Positions 36,854 to 46,941 of a stretch of DNA of 64,000 bases are shown here, one piece after another. Below the pieces are notes generated by a model. The model searched no databases and was not told the DNA's origin. It saw only the letters and a list, made by a program, of their open reading frames with translations. The stretch is from the IMG/VR virus record IMGVR_UViG_3300042259_000159; one strand, 5' to 3'. The stretch is from a virus. The position numbers were made by a program, and so were the translations under genes. Each line of letters starts with the position of its first letter. Position 1 is the stretch's first letter.

Positions 36854-36940
36854 TGGTGCCCAATGCAGGACTCGAACCTGCACGCCATTTCAGGCAGGAG
36901 GGCTTAAACCTCGTGTGTCTACCAATTCCACCAATCGGGC
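36854..36940 (-). tRNA. tRNA-Leu (anticodon UAA), type II, CCA encoded
   Basis: Manual fold: acceptor GCCCGAT/ATTGGGC, anticodon loop TTTAAGC, long variable arm. Confidence 0.6.
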
Positions 36941-36949
36941 TAAAATCTT

Positions 36950-37033
36950 TGGTGCCTCAGACAGGATTCGAACCTGCACGGATCTCTCCACTTGGTCCTA
37001 AGCCAAGCGTGTCTGCCATTCCACCACTGAGGC
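36950..37033 (-). tRNA. tRNA-Leu (anticodon UAG), type II, CCA encoded
   Basis: Manual fold: acceptor GCCTCAG/CTGAGGC perfect, anticodon stem CTTGG/CCAAG, loop CTTAGGA. Confidence 0.65.
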
Positions 37034-37477
37034 TGAAATTTTAATTAAAGTTTGACATACTCCCCACGGATAAATCCGGGGGATTCTGGATTCAAACAGC
37101 AACGGCGGGTGCAAGCACCCTTCTGTCTGTCATTGAGGCAGTCGCCTTAGAACCAGCCGCTGCACCGAACTCGCTACCGCTGGGCGCTCTGCAAGAACAC
37201 ACTCCCAGATATGTATGCCAATAGCAATTTTTGTCATGTTTCATGTTTACCTCCGCTCGCAGGTGAGCTATTCGTTATATGTCGTAAAATTCATGGCTCG
37301 TGTATTTGCACGGGATTACCCCATGCAAAACGTGCAGGAAGGCAAGCACAGCCTGACGCACGGCCTCCCTTAATGCCTTTTTTGCTACGGCAAAATTCGC
37401 CATCATGTGCTTAAAATAGATCATCATATAACCAGTCAATCAACCGGATTTGCTATGCTCTCCGGTTATTTCGGTCG

Positions 37478-37888
37478 TTAGCCTTCCATCGCCAGCTTGA
37501 TTGCCCGGCGAACTTTCCCAAAATCGTGAATCGAAAACAGGCATCCGCCGAAATTATACCGGCAGACCATCTCCGCATCCAGCCAGCGCAACACCTCCAG
37601 CATTTCAGGGGCGGCTGCAATAAGTTTGGCGTTGGCCTCCATGATTGGCACGCGTCCTTGCACGCCACGGGCAGAGGTTGCACATACCGGGTTGCCGTTG
37701 CAATCCTCTACTATCAACCGGCCTTTTCGGTCCGGCACAACTCCGGCAGTAACCGACCACGGGCCGGGACTATGCACAGGATAATCTTCCCTGTTGTAGG
37801 CTGTTTTCCCATCCGTTATAATTGTCGGCGTTTCGCTATCTTTGCAAACCTTTCCCCGATATGTATTTCCGTCACCGTAGCTATTCAT
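37478..37888 (-). CDS. hypothetical protein
   Basis: ORF track; appears GC-richer than the phage backbone. Confidence 0.4.
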   Translation of the reverse strand: MNSYGDGNTYRGKVCKDSETPTIITDGKTAYNREDYPVHSPGPWSVTAGVVPDRKGRLIVEDCNGNPVCATSARGVQGRVPIMEANAKLIAAAPEMLEVLRWLDAEMVCRYNFGGCLFSIHDFGKVRRAIKLAMEG

Positions 37889-38115
37889 TGGTGTTATCTC
37901 CTTCTTCGGCCATTATTCTTAAAAATTCTTCAAAGTTGTATGCGGCCTTATTCGTCATCTCTATACACCTCCACTTGCTCATGTGATTGTCGGAAACTTT
38001 CGGCAACTTTTTCGGCGACATCTTTTGTCATTAGGCCAGTCCTATACCACTCTCCGGCTTGTTCGTTAATCCATCTCCAGTATTTCACTCGATAATTAAC
38101 ATTTTTTGGCATTGT

Positions 38116-38382
38116 CTATCTCCTCCGCAAGTTGCGCTCTCTGGTCAAGCCACCATTTTTTTCTGACACGTCTTTGTCTCTTTCAATCGTGTAGAGAAGG
38201 TTTTCGGATTTGTCTATCAATTCCTGTAATTGATGATATATTTTCCGGTATTCGTCGTGCGAAATATCCAAAAGTTCCCGCATTCCGTCTCTGGTATTCT
38301 TAAACAACAAGCAATCTGCATCACCACGAGAAAGGCCAAGGTTTGCTTCCATATAATTAAACGGGCAAACAGGCTTTTTCAT
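38116..38382 (-). CDS. hypothetical protein
   Basis: ORF track. Confidence 0.35.
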   Translation of the reverse strand: MKKPVCPFNYMEANLGLSRGDADCLLFKNTRDGMRELLDISHDEYRKIYHQLQELIDKSENLLYTIERDKDVSEKNGGLTRERNLRRR

Positions 38383-38639
38383 GTTGTCTCCTTTATTTCT
38401 TCAATAAGTGTTTCCAGGTCTGAACACTCCTGCTCAAGTGCCTTGTGCAGTGCTTTATTCTCATGAGCACCTTGCATTTCCGAGTACAGCCGCCCGAGCA
38501 ACGATGCTTCCAAGTATGGCAAAACCCTTTTCAACAGTTCACCTCGCAACAAATTTTCAGTAACCTGCTTTTCTTGGTGGTTCTTCATCAGGCAAGAACC
38601 GCAAATAATATTCTCGCTGTGGTTACAGGACGTTATCAT
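38379..38639 (-). CDS. hypothetical protein
   Basis: Overlapping start/stop with neighbours. Confidence 0.35.
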   Translation of the reverse strand: MITSCNHSENIICGSCLMKNHQEKQVTENLLRGELLKRVLPYLEASLLGRLYSEMQGAHENKALHKALEQECSDLETLIEEIKETT

Positions 38640-38878
38640 ACAAACCCCTCAAAATAGCATAACGGCAGCCAACCCCGAATAAGGTGCGTGTCGTGACCAT
38701 CTATCAAGAACCTATCTTCACAACATATCCAATCATACTCGCCGTCGTCTTTCGCGTCGTTCTCCGGAGCAACATTAGAAAACCACGCACTACAAACTGT
38801 TCCGTCATGCAAAAACAACAATATCTGCTGACCGTTTGTCGGTAGTGTTTCCGGGCCATTCAATCGTATTTGATTCAT
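38636..38878 (-). CDS. hypothetical protein
   Basis: ORF track. Confidence 0.35.
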   Translation of the reverse strand: MNQIRLNGPETLPTNGQQILLFLHDGTVCSAWFSNVAPENDAKDDGEYDWICCEDRFLIDGHDTHLIRGWLPLCYFEGFV

Positions 38879-39088
38879 TTACAGTCCTCCAAATGTATTT
38901 TCCATTGCCGTAAACCCGCAGCCTTTTCCATCTGCAAGCGTTTCAACTGCGGCATTAAAACCACGGACGAACGCCGGTGGCGGGTCCGGTATGTCGTCAT
39001 CGTCAGTACCCCAATACTTACGCCAGCTATCCATCATCGTTTTGTTAATCATTTCACTCATCTTCAAAGCCCTCCACGTGCAAATCAT
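38879..39088 (-). CDS. hypothetical protein
   Basis: ORF track. Confidence 0.35.
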   Translation of the reverse strand: MICTWRALKMSEMINKTMMDSWRKYWGTDDDDIPDPPPAFVRGFNAAVETLADGKGCGFTAMENTFGGL

Positions 39089-39544
39089 TGCTCAGATCCA
39101 AGTCAACAAACACCTGCGCCGGTTCCTCTTCCTCGCCGTAATTACCCGATTGCCTGACGGGGCCGGTGAGTATTCTGATGTCTCTTATCATGCATAACAA
39201 CTGTGATCCGTCGAAAGAGAGATTAAACAGCTGAGACAGTTATGCAGGCGTTAACGTTCTTATTATATAGCACAGGAGAAACACTTTGTCAAGCTTTTTA
39301 TAAAACTATTTTAAAAAAGAACTGTTTCGCTGTACATAATTCTGACTTAAGGCCTAGAACAAATAGTAAAACCGGAGGAGGAGCTTCTTTTCATCTAGGA
39401 TGTGACTTCCATGTCTGATAGGCTTTCCGGCGTGTTAAGAAGAATATAACAAACAACACAGGCCTTGTCAAGTGTTTTCTTACATCCCTTATGAGACTCC
39501 TTATTGTTTATATCACAACACCCTGCTGTCATTGCTTCTTCCTC

Positions 39545-40254
39545 TTAGATAGTAAACAGTTTTTCAACACCTTTCTTGCTTCCCGTGTTCTTTGTCAGGC
39601 TGCTTACAATTTCTTTTTTCCAAATGCAAGTAAAATCTTCTGGAGCATTATATTCTGAAACAAACACCTTATGTCCCTCATTAGCCTTATCTCTGCACCA
39701 CTGCCAAAACAACTCATGGTCAAAATCATTAGAGTACTTTGTTGTCCCTGAATAGGGCGGATCACAGTAGATTAAGCTGTTACTGGGGATATGTAGCTCA
39801 TCATAAGGACAACACAAAAATTCTACATTTTGAATTAGCGAGGACTGTTTTATTGCTGATTGCTTACTACGTTTTGTTTGTATTATCATGTTTTCAATAT
39901 CACCTTTTGTTCCTGCTTTGTCCCGCCTATACCCCCCAAAAAATTTACCACCAAAAGACATTGAAAATGCTGTAAATCCAGTTAAACCATCAATATTTTT
40001 GTGTTTTTTCATTGAATTGTACATATCTTCTGTAATAATTTCAGGAATACTTTTTGGTGCATCGCGTATAAGTTTTAATGCTTCTATTACATACGGGCTG
40101 CAATGGCGGCCCCAATACGATTCCCATCAACCTTATCAATCATGTTTCCACCTCCAACAAACGGTTCAACCCACCACTGGTCAGGTTTTCTTTCTGCAAG
40201 CATAATTGGGAGGATATACTTTGCTATTCTGTTTTTACTTCCCATGTATTTCAT
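39545..40254 (-). pseudogene. dam: Dam-like DNA adenine methyltransferase, frameshifted
   Basis: N-terminal part (MKYMGSKNRIA...EPFVGGG) ends at TAA 40091-40093; C-terminal part with IYCDPPY continues in another frame; frames overlap over a CCC run. Confidence 0.65.
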
Positions 40255-40329
40255 ACTTACCTCCTGTTTTTGTTTTAGTTGTAAGGTGCTTTTACCTGTC
40301 AATATCAAACTACCCCTATTCCCCCTGTT

Positions 40330-40470
40330 TGTCAATACCTTATTCTTATCTAAACATAAGATATATATATTATATATATATTCTTTATATAATATAAATA
40401 TATATACTTTATATATAGTATATTTATATAATATATATATGTATATAATATATATACTCCTACTCACTAC
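40330..40470. repeat. TA-rich low-complexity repeat upstream of dam
   Basis: atatatattatatatatattctttatataatataaatatatatac... Confidence 0.8.
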
Positions 40471-40603
40471 GAGACACATACATAATATATACATTAACCC
40501 TTCCTGCAAAGGAAGCCGTAGGATACCATAAAAAAGAGATTTTGTCAAGCATTATTTTAAGAAATGTTAAAAATAATTTCCTAACCTAATCTCTATTTTT
40601 TAC

Positions 40604-40632
40604 TTGACAAAAAGACTTTATTGTGTTATAAC
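40604..40632 (+). promoter_or_regulatory. sigma70-like promoter (TTGACA-N17-TATAAC)
   Basis: tacTTGACAaaaagactttattgtgtTATAAC. Confidence 0.45.
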
Positions 40633-40652
40633 ATAATAGAGGCTAATTTTAT

Positions 40653-40847
40653 ATGGAGGAAAATATGATATACACATACAGGTGTTCAATCTGCAACAAG
40701 CTTTTTACCTCGCACGAGGATGTATACGATGTATACTTAGAAAGCTTTGTTTGTCCTGAATGTCTGCGTGAGGGAAATATCTCCGCTGTCTATGGCGAGG
40801 ATTTCTTAGATTCGCTGGACATGTTCGACAACCCAGAAGATCTTTAA
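40653..40847 (+). CDS. small zinc-ribbon protein
   Basis: CSIC...CPEC; GGAGGA RBS. Confidence 0.45.
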   Translation: MEENMIYTYRCSICNKLFTSHEDVYDVYLESFVCPECLREGNISAVYGEDFLDSLDMFDNPEDL

Positions 40848-40882
40848 TAAAGTATTTTATCAAAAAATAATTAAATAAAGAC

Positions 40883-40910
40883 TTGACAAATGGTTAAAAG
40901 TGTGTTATAA
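40883..40910 (+). promoter_or_regulatory. sigma70-like promoter (TTGACA-N16-TATAAT), candidate late/packaging promoter
   Basis: acTTGACAaatggttaaaagtgtgtTATAAT. Confidence 0.5.
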
Positions 40911-41050
40911 TAGGTTTTGAATTAATAATTAAAAATGATAATGAATTTCATTGTCTTTTGTAATCTTCTAAGATGTCTTAGATAGGCATCCGAAAAGTAT
41001 AGGGGAGTTTCCCTCCTTTTCTCCCCTATAAAATATTAACAGGAGGTAAT

Positions 41051-41371
41051 ATGGCTAGGCCGAAAGGTACAACAAAAGAGGTTCTTATGAACAGGAAGCT
41101 TCTTGCACAACTAGACATTATCAAAGAGAAGGTGTCTGATGATGTTGTAGAGGCTTATGAAACACTGGCCTTCTTGATGAGGGATAAGGCATCCTCTTCA
41201 AGTGTAAGAAAGGGTTCAGCGGAACAAATCATTGGTCTCCACAAATCTTTTTGCAAGGAAGCAAGCGGTGATGTTGAGGATGTAGAGGAGGTAATGGAAG
41301 ACGGTAGGACTTCTGGCGGGGGTATGGGTAAAATACTCAGCCTGAAAATGGTAGGAGGAGGCAATGACTAA
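41051..41371 (+). CDS. putative terminase small subunit
   Basis: Immediately upstream of and overlapping terL exon 1; ACAGGAGG RBS. Confidence 0.4.
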   Translation: MARPKGTTKEVLMNRKLLAQLDIIKEKVSDDVVEAYETLAFLMRDKASSSSVRKGSAEQIIGLHKSFCKEASGDVEDVEEVMEDGRTSGGGMGKILSLKMVGGGND

Positions 41372-41438
41372 ACTCGCACCTGCATCAAGAAAGCAAGAAA
41401 TGATGCTGGGTGCTGATGCCCAAATGACGGTAATTGGT
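41364..41438 (+). CDS. terL: terminase large subunit, exon 1
   Basis: MTKLAPASRKQEMMLGADAQMTVIG, then a stop in the intron; joins to exon 2 to give VIGGAAGSGKS. Confidence 0.6.
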
Positions 41439-41922
41439 AGATAACTGCCCTGTACACAGGAAACTGTGTATGTGTATCTCATTAAAACGGGGAACCCTAA
41501 GTGTACACGCATAAGGGAATCCCGTGACTACGCAAGCCGAAAAAGGAGTAGGCATGAAAAATTTAGGATTTATGGGTTTTGATAAGTGTGCGGATATGTT
41601 CTGACCTAGAGAAGGGTTTTTCATGCTCTTCTACTGTAAGGAGGAATAAGGTTGGAACAAGCACGGTACATAGGATCTATAGAAGAAAAACGCATACTTC
41701 CATATCTAAGAATTTTTCTTGGGAGTAGTTGTAACGACTAGTTCATAAGAACGTAAGACACAAGTAGTCCTTAAGTGCAAGGACAAGGTGTTTGAAACAT
41801 GAGACACTCTAACAAGTAATGTTGAGGGTGAAGAGATAGTCTGAACTGTATAGAAATATACAGCAGGAGAACATTTTAATGTTTTTCCGGCAGATGCCTT
41901 ACGAACATCTGTGAACATTTTG
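41439..41922 (+). other. group I intron 1 in terL (no ORF)
   Basis: R-like gtaacgactagtt at 41731 and S-like gaagagatagtctgaact at 41830; ends in G; boundaries +/-3 nt. Confidence 0.6.
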
Positions 41923-42199
41923 GGTGCCGCAGGTTCGGGAAAGTCATACATAATGAATATGATACCTTTGAGGTATGTCGATTGCCCCAACTTTAGGGGG
42001 ATTGTCTTCCGAAGGGAAACGACACAGCTTACAGGTGAAGGGGGGATGTGGGATACAGCAACGGAGATATACTCTGAGCTGCCTAAAAATATCAGGCCCA
42101 AAATATTGAAACATAACCTGAGAATGATTTTTCCGAATGGGGCAAAAATTAAGTTTTCACACATGGAAAATGATAATGATTTCAGGAAACATCAAGGGT
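41923..42199 (+). CDS. terL: terminase large subunit, exon 2 (Walker A)
   Basis: GAAGSGKSY ... FSHMENDNDFRKHQG. Confidence 0.65.
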
Positions 42200-42453
42200 T
42201 AATTAGTAGCCCCTTGTGTTGGTGACAGCGCAAGCAAACTAACCTAATTCGGTGGAAGCCCAAACATGTAGGATGTGGGTGATACCGAGCAAGCCACGGC
42301 GTGTGTAACGACTAGTTCTTAGGAACGTAGGCCCAAGCGGGTCGAAACGGTTAGCATCTTATTAAGATGAAGATATAGTCTACTCTGCATGGAAACATGC
42401 AGCGGACACTTTATGTGTCGGGCAGATGTTAGCGCCATCTGTTGAATATTATG
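42200..42453 (+). other. group I intron 2 in terL
   Basis: R gtgtgtaacgactagttcttagg at 42301; S gaagatatagtctactctgcatggaaacatgcag at 42369. Confidence 0.6.
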
Positions 42454-42562
42454 TACAATATACCCTGATATGCTTTGATGAGGCAACACATTTCACTTTC
42501 CAACAAGTTGAATACTTAATGTCACGTATGAGAAGTAAAAGTAAGTATGCTTCTCGTATGGT
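42454..42562 (+). CDS. terL: terminase large subunit, exon 3 (Walker B)
   Basis: QYTLICFDEATHFTFQQVEYLMSRMRSKSKYASRM. Confidence 0.6.
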
Positions 42563-42846
42563 TCTGTCGTGGATTACGCGACATGTATGGCGAAAGCTGT
42601 ACTGGCAACTGTGTGAACTCAGGGAAACCTTAGCTGCTGCAATTGGGCAGAGGAAGAAGGCAATCCTGAGCGAAGCCTTCCCACCGGGAAGGAACGTGCA
42701 ACGACCATCGAAAGCGTAACACCTGTTACAGTGAGTAGAGTACACCACACATGTGTGGTGGAAGCGCACAGCCCCTAACATGTAACGATGAGGGTGAAGA
42801 TATGGTCTGAACCTACAGAAATGTAGAAAAAGGTAAACAAATACAG
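42563..42846 (+). other. group I intron 3 in terL
   Basis: Shared 48-bp motif caatcctgagcgaagccttcccaccgggaaggaacgtgcaacgaccatc; S-like gaagatatggtctgaacc at 42796. Confidence 0.55.
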
Positions 42847-43162
42847 GATAATCGGTAACCCAGATCCTGATAGTTGGCTTTTGCCTATGGTAGAGTGGTA
42901 CTTAGATGAACAAGGATACCCCGACCAGTCTAAAGATGGGGTTGTAAGATGGTTCATTAGAAAGAATGGTGAGTTTATCTGGAGGGATACAGAAGAAGAA
43001 ATCTATAGAGATTTTGGAACAGGCCCGTCTATACGCCCTGTATCCTTTACATTCATCTCTGCAAATATCTATGATAACCCTATTATGATAGAGACCAATC
43101 CAGACTATCTTGCAATGCTTGAAGGCCTCAACGAGGTTGATAAGGCAAGATTACTACGCGGT
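42847..43162 (+). CDS. terL: terminase large subunit, exon 4
   Basis: IIGNPDPDSWLLPMVEWYLDEQGYPD...; the NP motif is only in frame once intron 3 is removed. Confidence 0.6.
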
Positions 43163-43444
43163 TAACAGTGGCCGCATATAGTAGTGATATTATATGAAAA
43201 ATTGTGTGAATTCAGGGGACACCTAAACAGGCAACGCTTTGTGCTGTAGGCAATCCTGAGCGAAGCCTTCCCACCGGGAAGGAACGTGCAACGACCATCC
43301 TGAGTAGGAGTAGGGCCAAGCGGTTCCGAAGCGCACAACATCTCATTGAGATGATGATATGGTCTGATCTATATGGAAACATATAGCTGACACGGTGTAT
43401 ATTACGTGTCGGGCACGTCTTAGCGAGACGTGCTGAACAAAATG
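43163..43444 (+). other. group I intron 4 in terL
   Basis: Same 48-bp motif at 43250; S-like gatgatatggtctgatctatatggaaacatatag at 43371; 3' end ...ctgaacaaaatg. Confidence 0.55.
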
Positions 43445-44167
43445 AACTGGTATGCTAGACCACAGGATAGTGGATACTTTAAAAGAGATTGGCTGCAACG
43501 TTGTGTTGAGGCACCTACTGATACAAAGTGGGTACGTGCTTGGGATAAAGCAGCTACAGAGCCGAGTGACACAAACCCCTCTCCTGACTATACAGCTTGT
43601 ATAAAGATGGGGAAAGATAGAGCAGGAAACTACTACATTGCTGGCGATTTTGTGGAAGAAAACTATGATGAAGACAGCAAGACATATGGCAGGTTCAGGA
43701 AAAGAGCAGGTGCAAGAGATAATATCATCTTGAAACAGGCACTTGCTGATGGCCATGATTGTGAGGTTGTTCTTCCTCAAGACCCCGCTGCTGCGGGTAA
43801 GACGGAATACATTGAATCAGCAAAGAAATTAATAGAGCAAGGTATCCGTTGCAGAAAGGATGTGGTTGCATCTAACAAATCTAAGCTAATAAAGTTTTCA
43901 CCGTTTTCTGCATCATGCGAGAATGGGCTTGTTTACATCTTGGATGCAACATTTACCCAAAAAACATTGAATGCATTTTATACAGAGCTTGAATCTTTCA
44001 ACGGAGAAGCAAGCACAAGAACACGAAAGGATGATTGGGTTGACTGCACAGCAATGGCATTCAACTACCTATCTAAAAAAAGTGTACTTCCCAATTTTAC
44101 ACTAGATGAGTGGGGAGGTACATCGGTAAAAACACCCCTCTCAATTGTGAGGGCCAACTTTCATTAA
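43445..44167 (+). CDS. terL: terminase large subunit, exon 5 (nuclease domain)
   Basis: WVRAWDKAAT...DYTACIKMGKDRAGNYYIAGDFV; the five exons total 1500 nt (500 codons). Confidence 0.65.
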   Translation, partial: NWYARPQDSGYFKRDWLQRCVEAPTDTKWVRAWDKAATEPSDTNPSPDYTACIKMGKDRAGNYYIAGDFVEENYDEDSKTYGRFRKRAGARDNIILKQALADGHDCEVVLPQDPAAAGKTEYIESAKKLIEQGIRCRKDVVASNKSKLIKFSPFSASCENGLVYILDATFTQKTLNAFYTELESFNGEASTRTRKDDWVDCTAMAFNYLSKKSVLPNFTLDEWGGTSVKTPLSIVRANFH

Positions 44168-44178
44168 GGAGGGCACTG

Positions 44179-44885
44179 GTGGTAAAAGAGGGCAGCAAGT
44201 CTGCTACAAAAACAACCACTTCTAAGAAATTCAACCTATCTGAAAAAGGGTATATAGGACTTAATCAGGTAAATGGCCGCATTTATGAGGAAAGTCGTGA
44301 TGCTTTAAGGTTCCCTAATGCGACAAAGACCTTTAAAAAGATGTCCTATGACCCTGTAATATCCGCTGCAAATTCCACAATAGATCTTATGATAGGTCGT
44401 GTGCAGTGGTTCTTCGATGTTCCTGATACAGCCAGTGATAAGGCAAAAGAAGCAGCAGAATTTTTAAATTACTGTATGAACAGCATGGATATGGGAACAT
44501 GGGAAGATTTCATTACTGAGTGTGGTAGCTATAGACGTTACGGCTTTCACATAGCGGAAAAAGTCTACAACAAGGTTAAAGAAGGGAAGTGGAAGGGAAA
44601 GTATAAGTGGAAAAAACTACCAACAAGAGCACAAGACACCATTGAAGAGTGGGTCTTTAGTAAGGATAACAGGGAGCTTTTAGGCTTAAAACAGTCAACA
44701 AGAAATGTGACACACCCACTGGCATTAAAGAGCCTTACAGGCTATATAGAAATACCAAGGTCAAAATTCATACATTTTGCCTACGATGGGTATAGAGATA
44801 ACCCAGAGGGAAGAAGCCCGTTAGTTGGTGCCTACATCCCTTGGACATATAAAACACTCATAGAGGAATATGAGGCTGTCGGCGT
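44179..44885 (+). CDS. portal protein, exon 1
   Basis: GTG start 6 nt after AAGGAGG; portal-sized product after splicing. Confidence 0.55.
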
Positions 44886-45826
44886 TAATTATAGCGCCTT
44901 TATGTATTGATACATAAAGCAAACTCCCTTAATTCAGGGGAAGCCCTAACGTTGAGACGAGGGTAATCCTGAGCGAAGCCTTCCCAACGGGAAGGAACGT
45001 GCAACGACTAATAAGTCAAATAAACAACACATTAGTGTATGGAGAGTATTTTATGAAAACTTCAAAAGAAATTAGGAACCTTGTCATTGCTATGCTGTTT
45101 GGAGACGGCACATTGAATGCTAAAGGTTATTTGAGCATGCGTCACTGCATAGCGCAAAAAGACTATATAGATTGGAAACGAAAACTTCTAGTAAGTGGTA
45201 TATCTATGACTGACTGTTATTATGTTAGTAATAACGGGTATGGTGCATATGAAGTTAGAAGTAGAGTTTACAAATTTATGAAGCAATATCGTAAGGTAAT
45301 TTATGGTAGTGGTAGAAAAAACATTACAGACCGTAGAATCCTGAATAAGCTCACGCCGCTTGGTTTATCCATATGGTATATGGATGATGGCGGGTTATCT
45401 CAGAAGAAAAACAAGGATGGTGAAGTAGTAGCAAACGAGCTGATACTTAACACATATCTTAGTAGAGAAGACAACCAGAAGATTATTGATTACTTCAATG
45501 AAGTTTGGGGTATAAGATTTACTCAGGTAAAGAATAGAGGTCTTTATCGTCTCCGTTGCGGTACAGCGGAGGCTAGGAAATTTATAGAAATCGTAAAGCC
45601 ATATGTCTCCCAAGTACCGAGTATGGCACACAAAATGAAGTTAAAAGTAAAATAGTCTGACTATCGAACACACGTAATTTTTACGGAAGTTAGTAGAGTA
45701 GAACCAAGTGGTTCGAAACGGGGAGGTTCTTAGAAATAAGAACATGATATAGTCTGGTCTGCATGGAGACATGCAGGAGTTCATAAGAGAACCGGAGAAG
45801 ATTAACGACCTTTTCTGAACACAACG
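44886..45826 (+). other. group I intron in portal gene carrying a LAGLIDADG homing endonuclease ORF
   Basis: 48-bp shared motif at 44960; S element gatatagtctggtctgcatggagacatgcagg at 45746; 3' end ...ctgaacacaacg. Confidence 0.6.
44999..45655 (+). CDS. LAGLIDADG homing endonuclease (intron-encoded)
   Basis: LVIAMLFGDGTL and LSIWYMDDGG motifs; probable start at ATG 45053. Confidence 0.7.
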   Translation: MQRLISQINNTLVYGEYFMKTSKEIRNLVIAMLFGDGTLNAKGYLSMRHCIAQKDYIDWKRKLLVSGISMTDCYYVSNNGYGAYEVRSRVYKFMKQYRKVIYGSGRKNITDRRILNKLTPLGLSIWYMDDGGLSQKKNKDGEVVANELILNTYLSREDNQKIIDYFNEVWGIRFTQVKNRGLYRLRCGTAEARKFIEIVKPYVSQVPSMAHKMKLKVK

Positions 45827-46070
45827 AGCTAAAGACCTTGGGGGTATTCCTCTTATAGGTGTGGATGTTGATTACCTTGCTAAAGCACAGGAGAACCCTG
45901 CATCAGCAGAAGCCGCTGTTGTAGAGGCACTGAAGCGTGATGCAGCAAATATGCATTCAGGTGATCAATCCTACATGCTCCTTCCTCTTGCTTACACACA
46001 GGATGGGGGGAAACCACTCTTTGATTTTAAACTTGTTGGAGTGGACGGTGGTTTGCAAATAAGCCACGGT
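45827..46070 (+). CDS. portal protein, exon 2
   Basis: In-frame continuation (V)AKDLGGIPLIGVDVDYLAKAQ...ISHG. Confidence 0.5.
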
Positions 46071-46401
46071 AGATGGAAACATCTATAAAAATAAACCTAT
46101 CTAATTGCTGGGAAGTCTTGTTAGGCTTAATGTACAATACAGAGTGGTGACACTCTGCGATACTGTAAAAATCATTAAGATAGAGATAATCAGCAGCCAA
46201 GCTTAAGCCTCCAGACAGATAAAGGAGGAGGCTTTTGAAGGTTCAACGACTAGTTCTTAGGAACGTAGGCCCAAGCGGGTCCAAACGGTAGGGTTCCTCC
46301 AGTGCGGCTGAGGAATAAGATATAGTCTAGTCTGTATGGAGACATACAGGTGCAGGTAAAGCTGCCGGAAAGGTCTAGCGAGCCTTTTTGAATACTAAAC
46401 G
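46071..46401 (+). other. group I intron 2 in portal gene (no ORF)
   Basis: R ggttcaacgactagttcttaggaacg at 46241; S gaataagatatagtctagtctgtatggagacatacagg at 46313. Confidence 0.6.
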
Positions 46402-46941
46402 GGAAAGCAATATAATACTGATGATATTATAAAAAGAAAGCAGAATGAAATATTAATCTTGTATCTTGCTGATGTTTTAAAGCTTGGTACAGATACGCAC
46501 GGCAGTTTTGCGCTTGCTGATAGCAAGAATGCTTTACTCGGCTTTGCTATTGACCGCCATTTGAAGTTTATAGCTCAAACATTAAAAAGAGATTTGGTTG
46601 TACAAACCCTGAACATAAATGGTTTCGATCTCGATAAAAGCGAAATTCCCACTCTCCAACACACAGAGCTTGACAGTGTAGATATAGATGTCTTTTCTAA
46701 GTTTATCCAGCGTGTTGCTGCTGTTGGATACCTGCCGCGAACACCGGAGCTTATCAACGAGGTTCTCAAGAAGGGGGACTTCAAATATCGTATAGATGAA
46801 GAGATGAGTAACGAGGAGTTTGATAAACTCTTTCCTGAGGCTGTTTCAAGATCGGGTGATGGGATGAAGAGTGCAGGAGAAGGAACGTCAAACAAGGTGG
46901 GTGGTGCAGATAACAGTACGTCAAACAAGGAGAACGCTTAA
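46402..46941 (+). CDS. portal protein, exon 3
   Basis: Open frame from the intron 3' G; three exons total 1491 nt (497 codons). Confidence 0.55.
   Translation, partial: GKQYNTDDIIKRKQNEILILYLADVLKLGTDTHGSFALADSKNALLGFAIDRHLKFIAQTLKRDLVVQTLNINGFDLDKSEIPTLQHTELDSVDIDVFSKFIQRVAAVGYLPRTPELINEVLKKGDFKYRIDEEMSNEEFDKLFPEAVSRSGDGMKSAGEGTSNKVGGADNSTSNKENA

Noticed and set aside
36706-37044. 112-aa plus-strand ORF
   Set aside because: Antisense to two tRNA-Leu genes; the repeated peptide segments are just the translated tRNA duplication.
41439-46401. Group II introns, or separate small genes, as the explanation for the fragmented terL and portal
   Set aside because: Intervals are 250-490 nt (apart from the endonuclease-bearing one), lack GUGYG...AY termini and a domain V-like element, and carry group I R/S-like sequences; exon pieces contain consecutive terminase motifs in the right order.
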